The notes below the pieces were generated by a model. The model searched no databases. It was given only the letters and a program-made list of their open reading frames with translations, and had not been told where the DNA came from. Position numbers and translations under genes: made by a program. Shown piece by piece: positions 1 to 12,880 of a stretch of 64,000 nt of DNA. Source of the DNA: Eledone cirrhosa (taxonomy: Eukaryota); the NCBI GenBank assembly GCA_964016885.1, contig OZ024741.1:220658001-220722000 (forward strand), given 5' to 3'. Every line of letters begins with the position of its first letter. Within the stretch, counting starts at the first letter, position 1.

Positions 1-66
1 TCTCTCTCTCTCTCTTACTCACTTATGCTCTCTCTCACCCTCGGTCTCTATCACTCTCACACCCTC

Positions 67-108
<42 letters not shown>

Positions 109-109
109 A

Positions 110-181
<72 letters not shown>

Positions 182-195
182 CTCTCTCTCTCTCT

Positions 196-242
<47 letters not shown>

Positions 243-659
243 GTGTCTATCTGAAGAGTTTCACGAAATATTCTTATATAAAGAGAGGTTGGTTGAAGAC
301 TATATATTTTCCACTAGTTATCATGTGGCTGATAAAACCTGTTATAGTTGAAATCGAGATACGCCACCACGGCCACCATTACTAATGGTTTTGTTCAACT
401 CCAAAATCATTTTGCACCTAGAATCAATATACATTGTTGTTTAACAAAAAGTTAATCCTGAATAAATAGCCATGAAATCAGACATTGGAGACTTACCTCT
501 CTTTTGTATATATAGGACTACATTATCTAATCTGCATATTTGAAGCTAGAGAGCTACTAAGGAGGATTTGGCTGTTATATCTAGCATATCATATCATCGC
601 ATAGGTGATTCTTTTGCTTTTGAAGGAATTTTATGTAATATTGATAACAGTCTGTCATA

Positions 660-920
660 AGCCAGATGGCGCTTTTGGCCAGTGCTTATCCCGGTTTCAT
701 GGCGTGAAGCAACTGAGAGTACAAGACTCCCCCGGGACAGGATGCCAGTCTATCGCATGGTTAAACCTCCAGCTGGTATTCATTTTCAGCTGAGTATATT
801 GGAGCAACGAGAGATAGCGTATTTTGCTCAAGAACACAACACGCAACCCAGACAAGGAATCGAACCCACGACATTATGATCCTGAGTCCAACACCCTTAC
901 CACTAGACCACGTGCATCCA
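660..920 (-). mobile_element. tRNA-derived SINE family B (TGTGTCCTTGAGCAAGACACT-type core), diverged
   Basis: Minus strand has A-box-like GTGGTCTAGTGG and B-box GGTTCGATTCC followed by GTTGTGTTCTTGAGCAAAATAC, as in copies at 23150 and 31425. Confidence 0.7.
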
Positions 921-922
921 CT

Positions 923-1111
923 ATAATTGTTTCTAATTTTGGCCCAAGGCCAGCAATTATTCCAGTGTATTACTGGTACTTTATTTTATCGACCCCGTAA
1001 GGATGAAAGGCAAAGTTAATCTCGGCAGTTAACTCAGACCACAAAGGGCCGTAACTCTTTGTTGCAAGGCATGGCGTCCGACCTTCTACCAATACTGCCA
1101 ATCCACCCTCC
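923..1111 (-). mobile_element. tRNA-derived SINE family A
   Basis: Matches the full copy at 34178-34368; flanked by TCCACTATAAT direct repeat (917-927, 1109-1119), a probable TSD. Confidence 0.8.
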
Positions 1112-1383
1112 ACTATAATATTGATATACTATCCATTAATACTTTCCTAAGTTACATTAGCCATACAAATACAAGACATTCTCGTAGACTTACCGTTTAT
1201 TGATACAAGGAAAAATTGCAACAATACTCCAGACATCATGACACAGCAGTCAAACGATTGGTTAAGGAAGTTGTACTCATATCACTATACAATGTTAAGA
1301 TAAACACACAAACAACATAAATAAAATAAACATGTATAGAATGACGTATAAAGCTAAAGATATATCATTTAATTTCATATTCT

Positions 1384-1680
1384 TGCGATAAAATCAACAC
1401 ATATTTAGGCGATAAAATCAACACATATTTAGGCGATAAAATCAACACATACTTTGGCGATAAAATCAACACATATTTTGGCGATAAAATCAACACTTAT
1501 TTTGGCGATAAAATCAACACATATTTTGGCGATAAAATCAACACATATTTTGGCGATAAAAGCAACACATATTTTGGCGATAAAATCAACACATATTTTG
1601 GCGATAAAATCAACACATATTTTGGCGATAAAATCAACACATATTTTGGCGATAAAATCAATACATATTTTGGCGATGAA
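1384..1680. repeat. 24-bp minisatellite (ATATTTTGGCGATAAAATCAACAC), ~12 copies
   Basis: Directly visible; gives the ILAIKSTH repeat ORF. Confidence 0.95.
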
Positions 1681-2225
1681 GATTTAATAAATTGAATTCA
1701 CCTGCAAAAGAAGCTAAACACAACTCCACGTGCTGAGGATGATATTGTGAATGTCTAGAAACGTTTATTATGGATTTATAAATATTCTCGGACTGGGTGA
1801 TGCCTTGTATCTTTGAGCAAGACATATTTCATATTGCTCCAGTTTACTCAGCTGTAGAAATTAGTTGGGGCATCACTAGTGCAAGCTGGGTAATATCTGT
1901 GGTTAGGAGGGGGGAGACTGGTATGTATGGGAAACTGCTGGTCTTCCGGAAACTACCTTGCTCAGGCTTGTCATTGAAATATGTATAATACAATAAAGCA
2001 ATTATGTAAACATATATATTATATCATATAATATGATCTAATAAATACATATATACATATCATGTGAATTGTATAGACATGAATAATATATATTTTATAT
2101 AATATATACATTACGTATTATATATATATATATATAATAGGGTTTATATTATGTGTATTGTATAAATATAAATTATATGTATAGATATAGATATAAATAT
2201 TATATATATATAGATATATATATAG

Positions 2226-2308
<83 letters not shown>

Positions 2309-2436
2309 CATGTGTGTGTGTATATATATATATGTGTGTGTGTATATATATATGTGTGTGAGTGTATATATGTGTGTGTGTGGGTGTGTATATATGCGTG
2401 TGTGTATATATATATGTGTGTGCGTGTATATATGTC

Positions 2437-2468
<32 letters not shown>

Positions 2469-2811
2469 TGTGTGCGTGCGCGTGTATGTGAGTGTGTGAC
2501 TTCATTTCTGATATGAGTCTGGTGTCTGTGTCATCTACAATGTTTCTGGTTTCGAAAACATGCACTAGAAGCGCTCTAAACAAGCAGAGAGTGAATATCT
2601 CATTGTTAGATAGAAAATGATCACTTATTGATTCTAAGCAACACAACAACTTACTCTTCTACACCCTCCATTTATTTATGGCAGGAAATTAAACTGTACT
2701 GCTAACCCTGCAAACATTTTCACATTACTTCTTCCCATTCTTTATATTCTCAAGCCTACCTCTTTCTCTACTATACTTCTTCTCTCCCATTTATGTATAT
2801 ATATATATATA

Positions 2812-2953
<142 letters not shown>

Positions 2954-2992
2954 GTATATGCTTGTATGTGTATACATATATATATATATATA

Positions 2993-3141
<149 letters not shown>

Positions 3142-3254
3142 TATATGCTTGTATGTGTATATATATATATATATATAGTATATGTTTGTATGTGTATATA
3201 TATATATAGTATATGGTTGCATGTGTGTGTATATATATATAGTATATGGTTGTA

Positions 3255-3293
<39 letters not shown>

Positions 3294-3338
3294 TATGGTT
3301 GCATGTGTGTGTGTATATATATATATAGTATATGGTTG

Positions 3339-3399
<61 letters not shown>

Positions 3400-3872
3400 T
3401 ATGCTTGTGTGTGTGTATATATATATGTATGTATATATATATTTATATATATATATATAAATATAATGTGTGTGTATATATAGGGAAAGAGAGAGAGATA
3501 TGTGTGTGTGTATGTATACATATATATATATATATGCATGTATGTATTTATCGCTGTGTGAATGTTTGTGTGTGTGTATCTCTACTTCATATTCTCTGTG
3601 AGTTTTCACTCCTGCTGTCTTCGGGTTCCCTCAAGGTGTGTGACGTCATTGCTATAATGTCATTATGTCTTCAGTGCCAGTTTAACATATCTGCCTATAT
3701 AACACCAACTAAACGTTCACTCCAATCAGACTAAACAGCAATGGAAACAAACATCAACTACCACAACAAAATAAAACAAAGACATAATCCAGGAGCTCAT
3801 TAGCATATATTATACACGTGCTTATCTTGTTAAATGTAGATGGGTTCCAGCGACGTGTTTTCCAGTTGTTTG

Positions 3873-4266
3873 AATAATTGTTTCTAATTTTGACACAAGG
3901 CCAGCAAATTTGGTGGTAAGGAAAATCGATCAAATCGACCCCAGTGCATTACTGGTACTTTATCTATCGACTCCCTAAGGATGAAAAGCAAAGTTAACCT
4001 CGGCAGGATTTGAACTCACAACATAAAAGCATGAGGTTTGACGCTCTACCGATACTGACAATCCACTGCTCTTCGGTTGTTTAAATAATTATTTCTACTT
4101 TTGGCACCAGGCCGGCAATTCTCCCAGTGCATTACTGGTATTTTATTTTATCGACCCCGTAAGGATGAAAATCAAAGCTAACCTCAGCGGGATTTGAACT
4201 CAGACCATTAAGGGTCGTAACTCTTTGCTGCAAAGAATGGCGCTCGACCGTCTACCGATAGTACCA
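3873..4266 (-). mobile_element. Two tandem SINE family A copies (~3873-4072, ~4085-4266)
   Basis: CCAGTGCATTACTGGTA..TCGAC..AAGGATGAAA..GGATTTGAACTCA (B box on minus) occurs twice. Confidence 0.8.
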
Positions 4267-4573
4267 AAATAATGAAACACTTTGCTCGTTAAATAAACGT
4301 GCAAGTGGCTGAGCATAATGCAGACAACAGTACCCCTCAACATCCTGACCCCTAAATACACGGGGATGGACACACATTCACAACACATCTTTTTCCATTT
4401 TAGGTAGACGCGCTCCATCATCCACTTTTCTAAAAAATAAATCATACGCAAAACGCCAGCACCAACAGTTTTCCAAGAGATGTTAACATGAATGGACCTG
4501 TTATTTTTATCTAAAGTCATTTTTTCCAATTCCATCCCGCCCGTCTCCTCAATCTAATTTATTTCTCATTCTT

Positions 4574-4609
4574 TCTTCTGATGAAAGACTAGCGTCAGAA
4601 ACGTTAAGA
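4574..4609 (+). ncRNA. Minimal type I hammerhead ribozyme motif
   Basis: tctt-CTGATGA-aa-gac-tagc-gtc-a-GAAA-cg-TT-aaga: stem I tctt/aaga, stem II gac/gtc, palindromic rudimentary stem III. Confidence 0.6.
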
Positions 4610-5174
4610 CCCACTTCCTGCTATATCAAGTGTTAACCTAATATATCCCTTCCATATACTGTACGGATTGTGTTGTTATTTCTGTTTACCTTTTACATAC
4701 ACATATATATATAAATCAGGATGGATTCAGTTTGAAACTGGTTAAACAATTGTTGATCAGAGTACTCAATACTTGGGGTAGTAGAGCATGGTTAAATTAT
4801 AAAGAGTCTGGATCTTGCGGCTGACTTTATAATGTTTCAACAGCTAGTTCCACACTGATCAGTCTGAAACTAGCTGTTGAATAGGCAAGAGCTCAGCTGT
4901 CGGGTATAGACAGACAGGCACATGGTGTATCAGGTATCAAAAGGAATCATTCGATTATATTTACAATTTCTACAAATGTTCAATATGTAAATAAAAGTTA
5001 TAAAAAAAGAATCAAACCTTATATTCGGACATGTTACCACATGATTTCGGACATGTTACCACATGATTTCGGACATGTTACCACATGATTATAAGGTCAT
5101 TTGTTTTAGATATATGGCCATATGAAATAAAGCCATTTTCATACACTCTGTATGTGTGTATATATATATATATG

Positions 5175-5270
<96 letters not shown>

Positions 5271-5426
5271 AGTGTATATATAATATATATATATATATGT
5301 ATATATATGTATATATGTATATATATATATGTATATATATATATATGTATATATATATATGTATATATATGTTGATTTAAAACTGCACTATCCACAAGTG
5401 TTTTTAACCTTCATATCATGTCTTCC

Positions 5427-5497
5427 TATTTTATCTGATGAAAACACAAATGTTATTGCATGATGATATTTGTTTTTGAAATGCGCATAATAAAATA
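5427..5497 (+). ncRNA. Type I hammerhead ribozyme motif (long stem II, palindromic stem III)
   Basis: tattttat-CTGATGA-(stem II)-GAAA-tgcgca-TA-ataaaata; same family as a fold-back at ~26490-26695 with mutated core CTGATAA. Confidence 0.75.
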
Positions 5498-5561
5498 CAT
5501 GGAACTCATTTAACCATCTTTTGATCTTATATATTATGTATATATATATATATATATATAT

Positions 5562-5693
5562 ATAAGTTGAAAAAAAATGAAAACGAAATTTCATTTCTCA
5601 CTCTTAGTATGGCACTTACTTAAATGTAAGTATGTATGTATACGTACATACATATATGTATACAGACGTACAGTAGCATGCATATATATATAC

Positions 5694-5725
<32 letters not shown>

Positions 5726-6658
5726 ACACATATGCACACAGGTACACATACATATATGCACGCATCAGTTTAGCCGACGTTTATTATAACGCAGCTTTGT
5801 TCGTTTGTTTGACAACAAACAGAACAGCCTGAATTTATGCCATACGGTGTTAAGGCAACCACGTCACCTTTTTGTTCAACACTGACACAGGAACGATGTA
5901 CTAGTTTCAAGCTTGTTAGCTATCATCAGCACCATTTACCCATCTGCCAGATAGTTGAACGTTCGAAAGTATATACTTTCCTTATGAAAATTAACGGCTG
6001 AGCAGCCTAAGTTGCATATTGAGTGAGTTAAATCGGTCAGGCATACCGAAAACGATAAGTTGAAAAAAAAATGAAAACGAAATTTCATTTCTCACTCTTA
6101 GTATGGCACTTACTTAAATGTAAGTATGTATGTATACGTACATACATATATGTATACAGACGTACAGTAGCATGCATATATATATACATATATATATATA
6201 CATATATATACATATATGCACACAGGTACACATACATATATGCACGCATCAGTTTAGCCGACGTTTATTATAACGCAGCTTTGTTCGTTTGTTTGTCAAC
6301 AAACAGAACAGCCTGAATTTATGCCATACGGTGTTAAGGCAACCACGTCACCTTTTTGTTCAACACTGACACAGGAACGATGTACTAGTTTCAAGCTTGT
6401 TAGCTATCATCAGCACCATTTACCCATCTGCCAGATAGTTGAACGTTCGAAAGTATATACTTTCCTTATGAAAATTAACGGCTGAGCAGCCTAAGTTGCA
6501 TATTGAGTGAGTTAAATCGGTCAGGCATACCGAAAACGATAAGTTGAAAAAAAATGAAAACGAAATTTCATTTCTCACTCTTAGTATGGCACTTACTTAA
6601 ATGTAAGTATGTATGTATACGTACATATATACATGTATACAGACGTACAGTAGCATGC

Positions 6659-6709
<51 letters not shown>

Positions 6710-7496
6710 CATACACATATGCACACAGGTACACATACATATATGCACGCATCAGTTTTGCCGACATTTATTATAACGCAGCTTAGTTCGTTTGTTTGTC
6801 AACAAACAGAACAGCCTGAATTTATGCCATACGGTGTTAAGGCAACCACGTCACCTTTTTGTTCAACACTGACACAGGAACGATGTACTAGTTTCAAGCT
6901 TGTTAGCTATCATCAGCACCGTTTACCCATCTGCCAGATAGTTGAACGTTCGAAAGTATATACTTTCCTTATGAAAATTAACGGCTGAGCAGCCTAATTT
7001 GCATATTGAGTGAGTTAAATCGGTCAGGCATATCGAAAACGATAAGTTGAAAAAAAAATGAAAACGAAATTTCATTTCTCACTCTTAGTATGGCACTTAC
7101 TTAAATGTAAGTATGTATGTATACGTACATACATATATGTATACAGACGTACAGTAGCATGCATATATATATACATATATATATATATACATATACATAT
7201 ATATACATATATGCACACAGGTACACATACATATATGCACGCATCAGTTTAGCCGATGTTTATTATAACGCAGCTTTGTTCGTTTGTTTGTCAACAAACA
7301 GAACAGCCTGAATTTATGCCATACGGTGTTAAGGCAACCACGTCACCTTTTTGTTCAACACTGACACAGGAACGATGTACTATTTTCAAGCTTGTTAGCT
7401 ATCATCAGCACCGTTTACCCATCTGCCAGATAGTTGAACGTTCGTCGGCTAAACTGATGCGTGCATATATGTATGTGTACCTGTGTGCATATGTGT

Positions 7497-7544
<48 letters not shown>

Positions 7545-7597
7545 GCATGCTACTGTACGTCTGTATACATATATGTATGTACGTATACATACATACT

Positions 7598-7600
<3 letters not shown>
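5562..7600 (-). mobile_element. Retrozyme-like tandem array 1: ~4 units of 483-504 bp plus an inverted partial copy (7443-7600)
   Basis: Unit recurs at ~5577, 6071, 6554, 7058; minus-strand hammerheads at 5893-5935, 6377-6419, 6880-6922 and 7372-7414 (last has a stem III mutation); flanked by (TA)n. Confidence 0.85.
5893..5935 (-). ncRNA. Type I hammerhead ribozyme (array 1, unit 1)
   Basis: atggtg-CTGATGA-t-agct-aaca-agct-t-GAAA-ctag-TA-catcgt. Confidence 0.85.
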
Positions 7601-7636
<36 letters not shown>

Positions 7637-7638
<2 letters not shown>

Positions 7639-7825
7639 CAAAGGAATTGTGGTAAGGAACCAGATGGACCATAACGCACCAGAGTACTCAATACTTAGAG
7701 TAGTAGAGTGAGAAATAATAAAAAGTATGACCCCGACGGCAGAGCTCAAGCCGTTTCGATGGCTATTTCTGGACTCAAATAGCCGTCAAACGGCTTGAGC
7801 TCTGCCGTCGGGGTCATACATTTTC
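7637..7825 (-). mobile_element. Short fold-back element carrying the 3' half of a hammerhead (PLE pLTR-like fragment)
   Basis: ACCAGATGGACCATAACGCACCAGAGTACTCAATACTTAG followed by palindrome GACCCCGACGGCAGAGCTCAAGCCGTTTCG; relatives at 45780-45970, 50304-50468, 51233-51370, 59177-59312, 61675-61820. Confidence 0.7.
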
Positions 7826-7826
7826 T

Positions 7827-7865
<39 letters not shown>

Positions 7866-7892
7866 ATATTTATATGTGTATATATATATATA

Positions 7893-7971
<79 letters not shown>

Positions 7972-8073
7972 GTGTGTATATATATGTATATATTTATATA
8001 TATATGTGTATATATATGTATATATATGTGTGTATATATATATATATGTGTGTGTATATATATATGTGTGTGC

Positions 8074-8128
<55 letters not shown>

Positions 8129-8551
8129 GTGTGTGTGTGTGTGTATTAGATTTTTAGTCGTTGTAGTTGCTTGCTGTTCAAGGAAGTGTTAGGTAACCAA
8201 GAAAAGAAATTATTTGAAACAAACTAAAAGTGAGATAAGATAAATTAAACTAAAAGAAGTTGAAAGAAAATGAAACGAGATTTATCTAGTTTAAAACTGT
8301 TTATTAATTATTCATTTTTTTTTATTTAACATCAGTGTAGGGCCGGGTGGGTTTGGTGGTGGGCATGAGATTATTTTCAAACGTATTTGGCCTCGTGCCT
8401 AAATCAGAAACCATTATTTTCAATAGTACTTTAAAATCATAAGGGCTGTCTCCATTTGAAATATTTTAAGGAAAGAGTTAACAAAATTGTCCTGGAATAT
8501 TATATCTTCAGGATTGGTCAGCATTTATTACTCCTTATTAAGACATAATGA

Positions 8552-8671
<120 letters not shown>

Positions 8672-8674
8672 GCG

Positions 8675-9142
8675 TGTATAAGGTCGTATCTCATGTTGGT
8701 TATATTTCTGTGTATAAGGTCGTATCTCATGTTGGTTATATTTCTGTGTATAAGGTCGTATCTCATGTTGGTTATATTTCTATGTATAAGGTCGTATCTC
8801 ATGTTGGTTATGTTTCTGTGTATAAGGTCGTATCTCATGTTGGTTATATTTCTGTGCATTAGGTCGTATCACATGTTGGTTATATTTCTGTGTATAAGGT
8901 CGTATCTCATGTTGGTTATATTTCTGTGTATAAGGTCGTATCTCATGCTGGTTATATTTCTGTGTATATGATCGTATCTCATGTTAGTTATATTTCTGTG
9001 TATAAGGTCCTATCTTATGATGGATATATTTCTGTGTATAAGGTCGTATTTCATGATGGTTATATATCTGTGTAAAAGGTCGTATCTCATGTTGGTTATA
9101 TTTCTGTATATAAGGTCGTATCTCATGTTGGTTATATTTCTG
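8675..9142. repeat. 36-bp minisatellite (GTGTATAAGGTCGTATCTCATGTTGGTTATATTTCT), ~13 copies
   Basis: Directly visible. Confidence 0.95.
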
Positions 9143-9561
9143 AAATTATTCATACATAAGAAGGGGTCAAAAGTGGAAATGTTTCATACGGTGTTTAATA
9201 AGAATATCATGTGTGGAAATGTGTCTAAACATGCTTGGAAGTAAATGTATGTATGTTCGAGTGCATACTCAGGTAAACATACCTTTTTTCTCTGTCTCTC
9301 CCAATCTATTCCTCTCTCCCCCTCTCTCTTCCTTCCTCTCTCTCTTCCTCTCTCTCTCTCTTCCCCACCCTCTCTCTTTCTCCCTCTCTCCCCATCTCTC
9401 TCTCCTCCCTCTCTTTCTCTCCTTCTCCCTCTCTCTCACTCCCCCTCTCTCTCTTTCTCCCTTTCTTTCTCTCCCTCTCTAAAAATCTCTCTCACTCACA
9501 CATACATATTTATATGCACATATAGTTATACTTGCATATATACTGTATAAGCATGTATACG

Positions 9562-9616
<55 letters not shown>

Positions 9617-9702
9617 GAAAATTAGAGTTAATGACTCCAATTGAAACCCTGTAATATTAGACACACGGTTTACTGTGTTTCTTACTGCATATATATTATT
9701 AT

Positions 9703-9746
<44 letters not shown>

Positions 9747-9813
9747 GTTATTCCGGGTTGAATCGGAGGTAACCACAGTAAGGAAGGTACTCAATACATT
9801 GCAGAGTATAAAA

Positions 9814-9937
9814 GTTTTAATATAGATGACATTCTACAGGACTAGAACTGTTTCATTCTTTAGAAATCATCAGGAATCTGATGATTTCTAAAGAATGAAA
9901 CAGTTCTAGTCCTGTAGAATCTCATCTATATTAAAAC
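9814..9937. ncRNA. Near-perfect palindrome of two back-to-back hammerhead cores
   Basis: Minus: attc-CTGATGA-tttctaaagaat-GAAA-cag-ttctagtc-ctg-TA-gaat; mirrored on plus; same family at 11680-11725, 46113-46167, 61505-61560. Confidence 0.75.
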
Positions 9938-9941
9938 TATA

Positions 9942-9974
<33 letters not shown>

Positions 9975-10509
9975 TCATGAATATTTAACACAGTAACCAA
10001 GCTTGGCCGCAGTATAATTATTAAACAAGTAAACGAATCTAAGAATATATTCGTCTCTATATATACATATGTGTGTGTTGCAGACTCTACCGCCCTCATT
10101 CTCTATATATATACATACATACATGTATAGGTATGCGAGAGTATATAGTATGTAGAGGGAGGAGTAGAAACCATATTGTATATGAAACATTTGAGGCCAG
10201 TTTCTTCAATATTCATACACTTGGTATTCAATGGTTTCAACAAATGGGAAGATGGAAGAAGGGAGAGATGGAGTGAAGGTGTTTATAGAAATGATATTAA
10301 TATTTGTATGGAATCAAATAGATATTTTATACAACTCCTTCACCAGTCATGTGATATACGGCTGAACAGAGTGACTGGGGAGACATTGTGATTTCACAGA
10401 TATAGCCACAAGAATAAGCAAAATATTTCCACAAATATATAACCACCATTCACATGCTAGCACATACATAGTATTGTGCGTATATATTTATATATATAAA
10501 TGTATGTAC

Positions 10510-10626
<117 letters not shown>

Positions 10627-11016
10627 TATAAATATATATAAATAAATATATAAATGTATATATATATATAAATATATAAATATATATAAATAAATATATA
10701 AATATATAAATATATAAATATATAAATATATATATATAAATATAAAAATATATAAATATATAAATATATATATAAATATATATATATATAAATATATAAA
10801 TATATATATAAATATATATATATATTTCGTTTCTGAATTTGTTTAGCAAGATTCTTTATCTGAAAACGTGTGTTGAAACCGATATTGTTATGCTTTGGGA
10901 GGGTCATGTTGCCAATAAGAAACACATGCACCAATTTATTATAAATTAAATTTATAAATTTAGGAATTTATAAATTTCCGGTTGGTTGTTCATATATTTC
11001 CGATTGTTCATATATT

Positions 11017-11059
11017 GTCAAAGTTCTTTCATCACACATTCTGTGACCTCTTCAGTAAC
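11017..11059 (-). ncRNA. Minimal hammerhead motif in a dispersed repeat (10825-11070)
   Basis: gtta-CTGAAGA-ggtcacagaatgtgtgat-GAAA-gaac-TT-tgac; same repeat family at 54245-54690 and 57840-58045. Confidence 0.65.
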
Positions 11060-11149
11060 TGGGGATTCTTTTCTTTGTTTTTGTGCTTCTCCTTTGTTCT
11101 GTCCTACGCCATCTTGTTTTATAAATATATATAAATATAAATATATATA

Positions 11150-11280
11150 AATTAGAAATATAAGCTATCGCCGTATTTTTGACTAGAGAAATTACTTAGC
11201 CTAACTAAATTACTAACCCCACTATTAGGCTAAGTAATTTCTTTAGTCAAAAATACGGCGATAGCTTATATTTCTAATTT
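11150..11280. repeat. Fold-back inverted repeat (~60-bp arms)
   Basis: AATTAGAAATATAAGCTATCGCCGTATTTTTGACTA... mirrored by ...TAGTCAAAAATACGGCGATAGCTTATATTTCTAATT. Confidence 0.85.
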
Positions 11281-11316
11281 CAAACTCGCTCGCTGTTTCG
11301 AAAATATTCTTACTTG

Positions 11317-11413
<97 letters not shown>

Positions 11414-11729
11414 TATAAGTATTGAAGTTTCCATTGAAAATTGAAAAAGTCATAGGAGTGAAGAGTGATCTATGTAAGTTACAGAGCTAAATTGCCTTGT
11501 TTGACGAACGAATGCGGACGTTTTTTGTATTCGTCTTATTCGGGAAACCTCTGGTAATGAGGTAATTATATTGTATTGTTTATTATACATTATATATATA
11601 TATATAAGATAGGTTTATCCCGGGTTCAATCGGGGGTAACCACAGTAAGTAATGTACTCAATGCAAAGCAGAGTATAAATGATGATTTCTCCCGAATGAA
11701 ACAGTTCTAGTCCTGTAGAAGCCTCATAT

Positions 11730-12050
11730 ATATATATGTAAGTATGTATACGTACATACATATATGTATACAGACGTACAGTAGTATGTATATATATACA
11801 TACATGCATACATATATATATGTACGTATGGGTTTACGGAACATTTATTATAATGTTCGGTTTGTTTGTAAACAAAGAGCCTGAATTAAGCCGTACATTG
11901 TTCGGCAACCATCGTTGCCCTTTTGTTCAACACTGACAATACGATGCTGACAATAGCTAATAAGCTTGAAACTAGTTCATCGTTCCTTTGTCAGTGTTGA
12001 ACAAAAGGGCAACGATGGTTGCCGAATACTGTACGGCTTAATTCGGGCTG
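11730..12050. mobile_element. Diverged retrozyme-family fragment with fold-back; hammerhead 11941-11983 (+) with core CTGACAA
   Basis: Shares CAGACGTACAGTAG, TTGTTCAACACTGAC, AAGCTTGAAACTAG with the array unit; stem I acgatg/catcgt. Confidence 0.8.
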
Positions 12051-12062
12051 TCACGACTTAAT

Positions 12063-12275
12063 TAAGAACTATAACGTCGGCTAGCGGTCAAGGCAGAAAG
12101 TTGTGATTGGTTGCCAATTGGCGTGTAGGCTGTTTGCTATAAAGCGCAGCCAGATACTGCCTAAGGTTTTACTCAACCTTACGGGAGTATATATTAAATT
12201 CAAACCAGCCTACTCGCCTACTGGCAACCAATTACAACTTTCTGCCTTGACCGCTAGCCACCTGATAGTTCTTAG
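12063..12275. mobile_element. MITE-like element with ~75-bp imperfect terminal inverted repeats
   Basis: TAAGAACTAT..GGCTAGCGGTCAAGGCAGAAAGTTGT.ATTGGTTGCCA versus TGGCAACCAATTACAACTTTCTGCCTTGACCGCTAGCC..ATAGTTCTTA. Confidence 0.6.
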
Positions 12276-12844
12276 CCATTTTTGAATTCATTTTTGGCGG
12301 GGATCACATAGAAATTTTAGTCCAAACTCGAGATGTCTCTTGATGAGTTCCCAAGTCTCGTGGATAGATCCAGGATCGGGTATATCCGCAGAAAAGGAAC
12401 GAAACTACCGGTAGCCGAGATTAGAGGAATTTTGGTAAAGTTTATATGCCTTTTTTCTTCAAACTTCTTTTTTATGCCTAACTCCGTGTAGTTGATTATT
12501 GTCTTGTCAATTTATACGGGCTAAAAGGAATGACTATATACATTTTATCTGGCTGTCCCTCGCGGAAGATAGTCTGTATCACTTGTCTATTATTTCTTCA
12601 TAATTACATTTTAAACTTATAGCCTCGTTTAAATGATTATTTATGTGGTTCATTTCTACGGACTAGGGAGAGGAAATACTGTATATATTTTATCTAATAA
12701 TACTTCAAACTTACAATTTTATATATAGCTCTGATTAATAATTATTTGCTTAATTAGTTCTTCATTGAGCCACACCGTGAAAGGTAATGAAACTCATATA
12801 TGTATCTGTGACTATGTCTAAATATATACATATATCCCTTTGAA

Positions 12845-12880
<36 letters not shown>

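Noticed and set aside
245-287. CTGAAGA..GAAA hammerhead-like motif
   Set aside because: Stem I pairs poorly; may be a decayed copy but is not supportable
8675-9142. 36-bp and 24-bp (1384-1680) repeats as CRISPR arrays
   Set aside because: Contiguous units with no unique spacers, no cas genes, eukaryotic context
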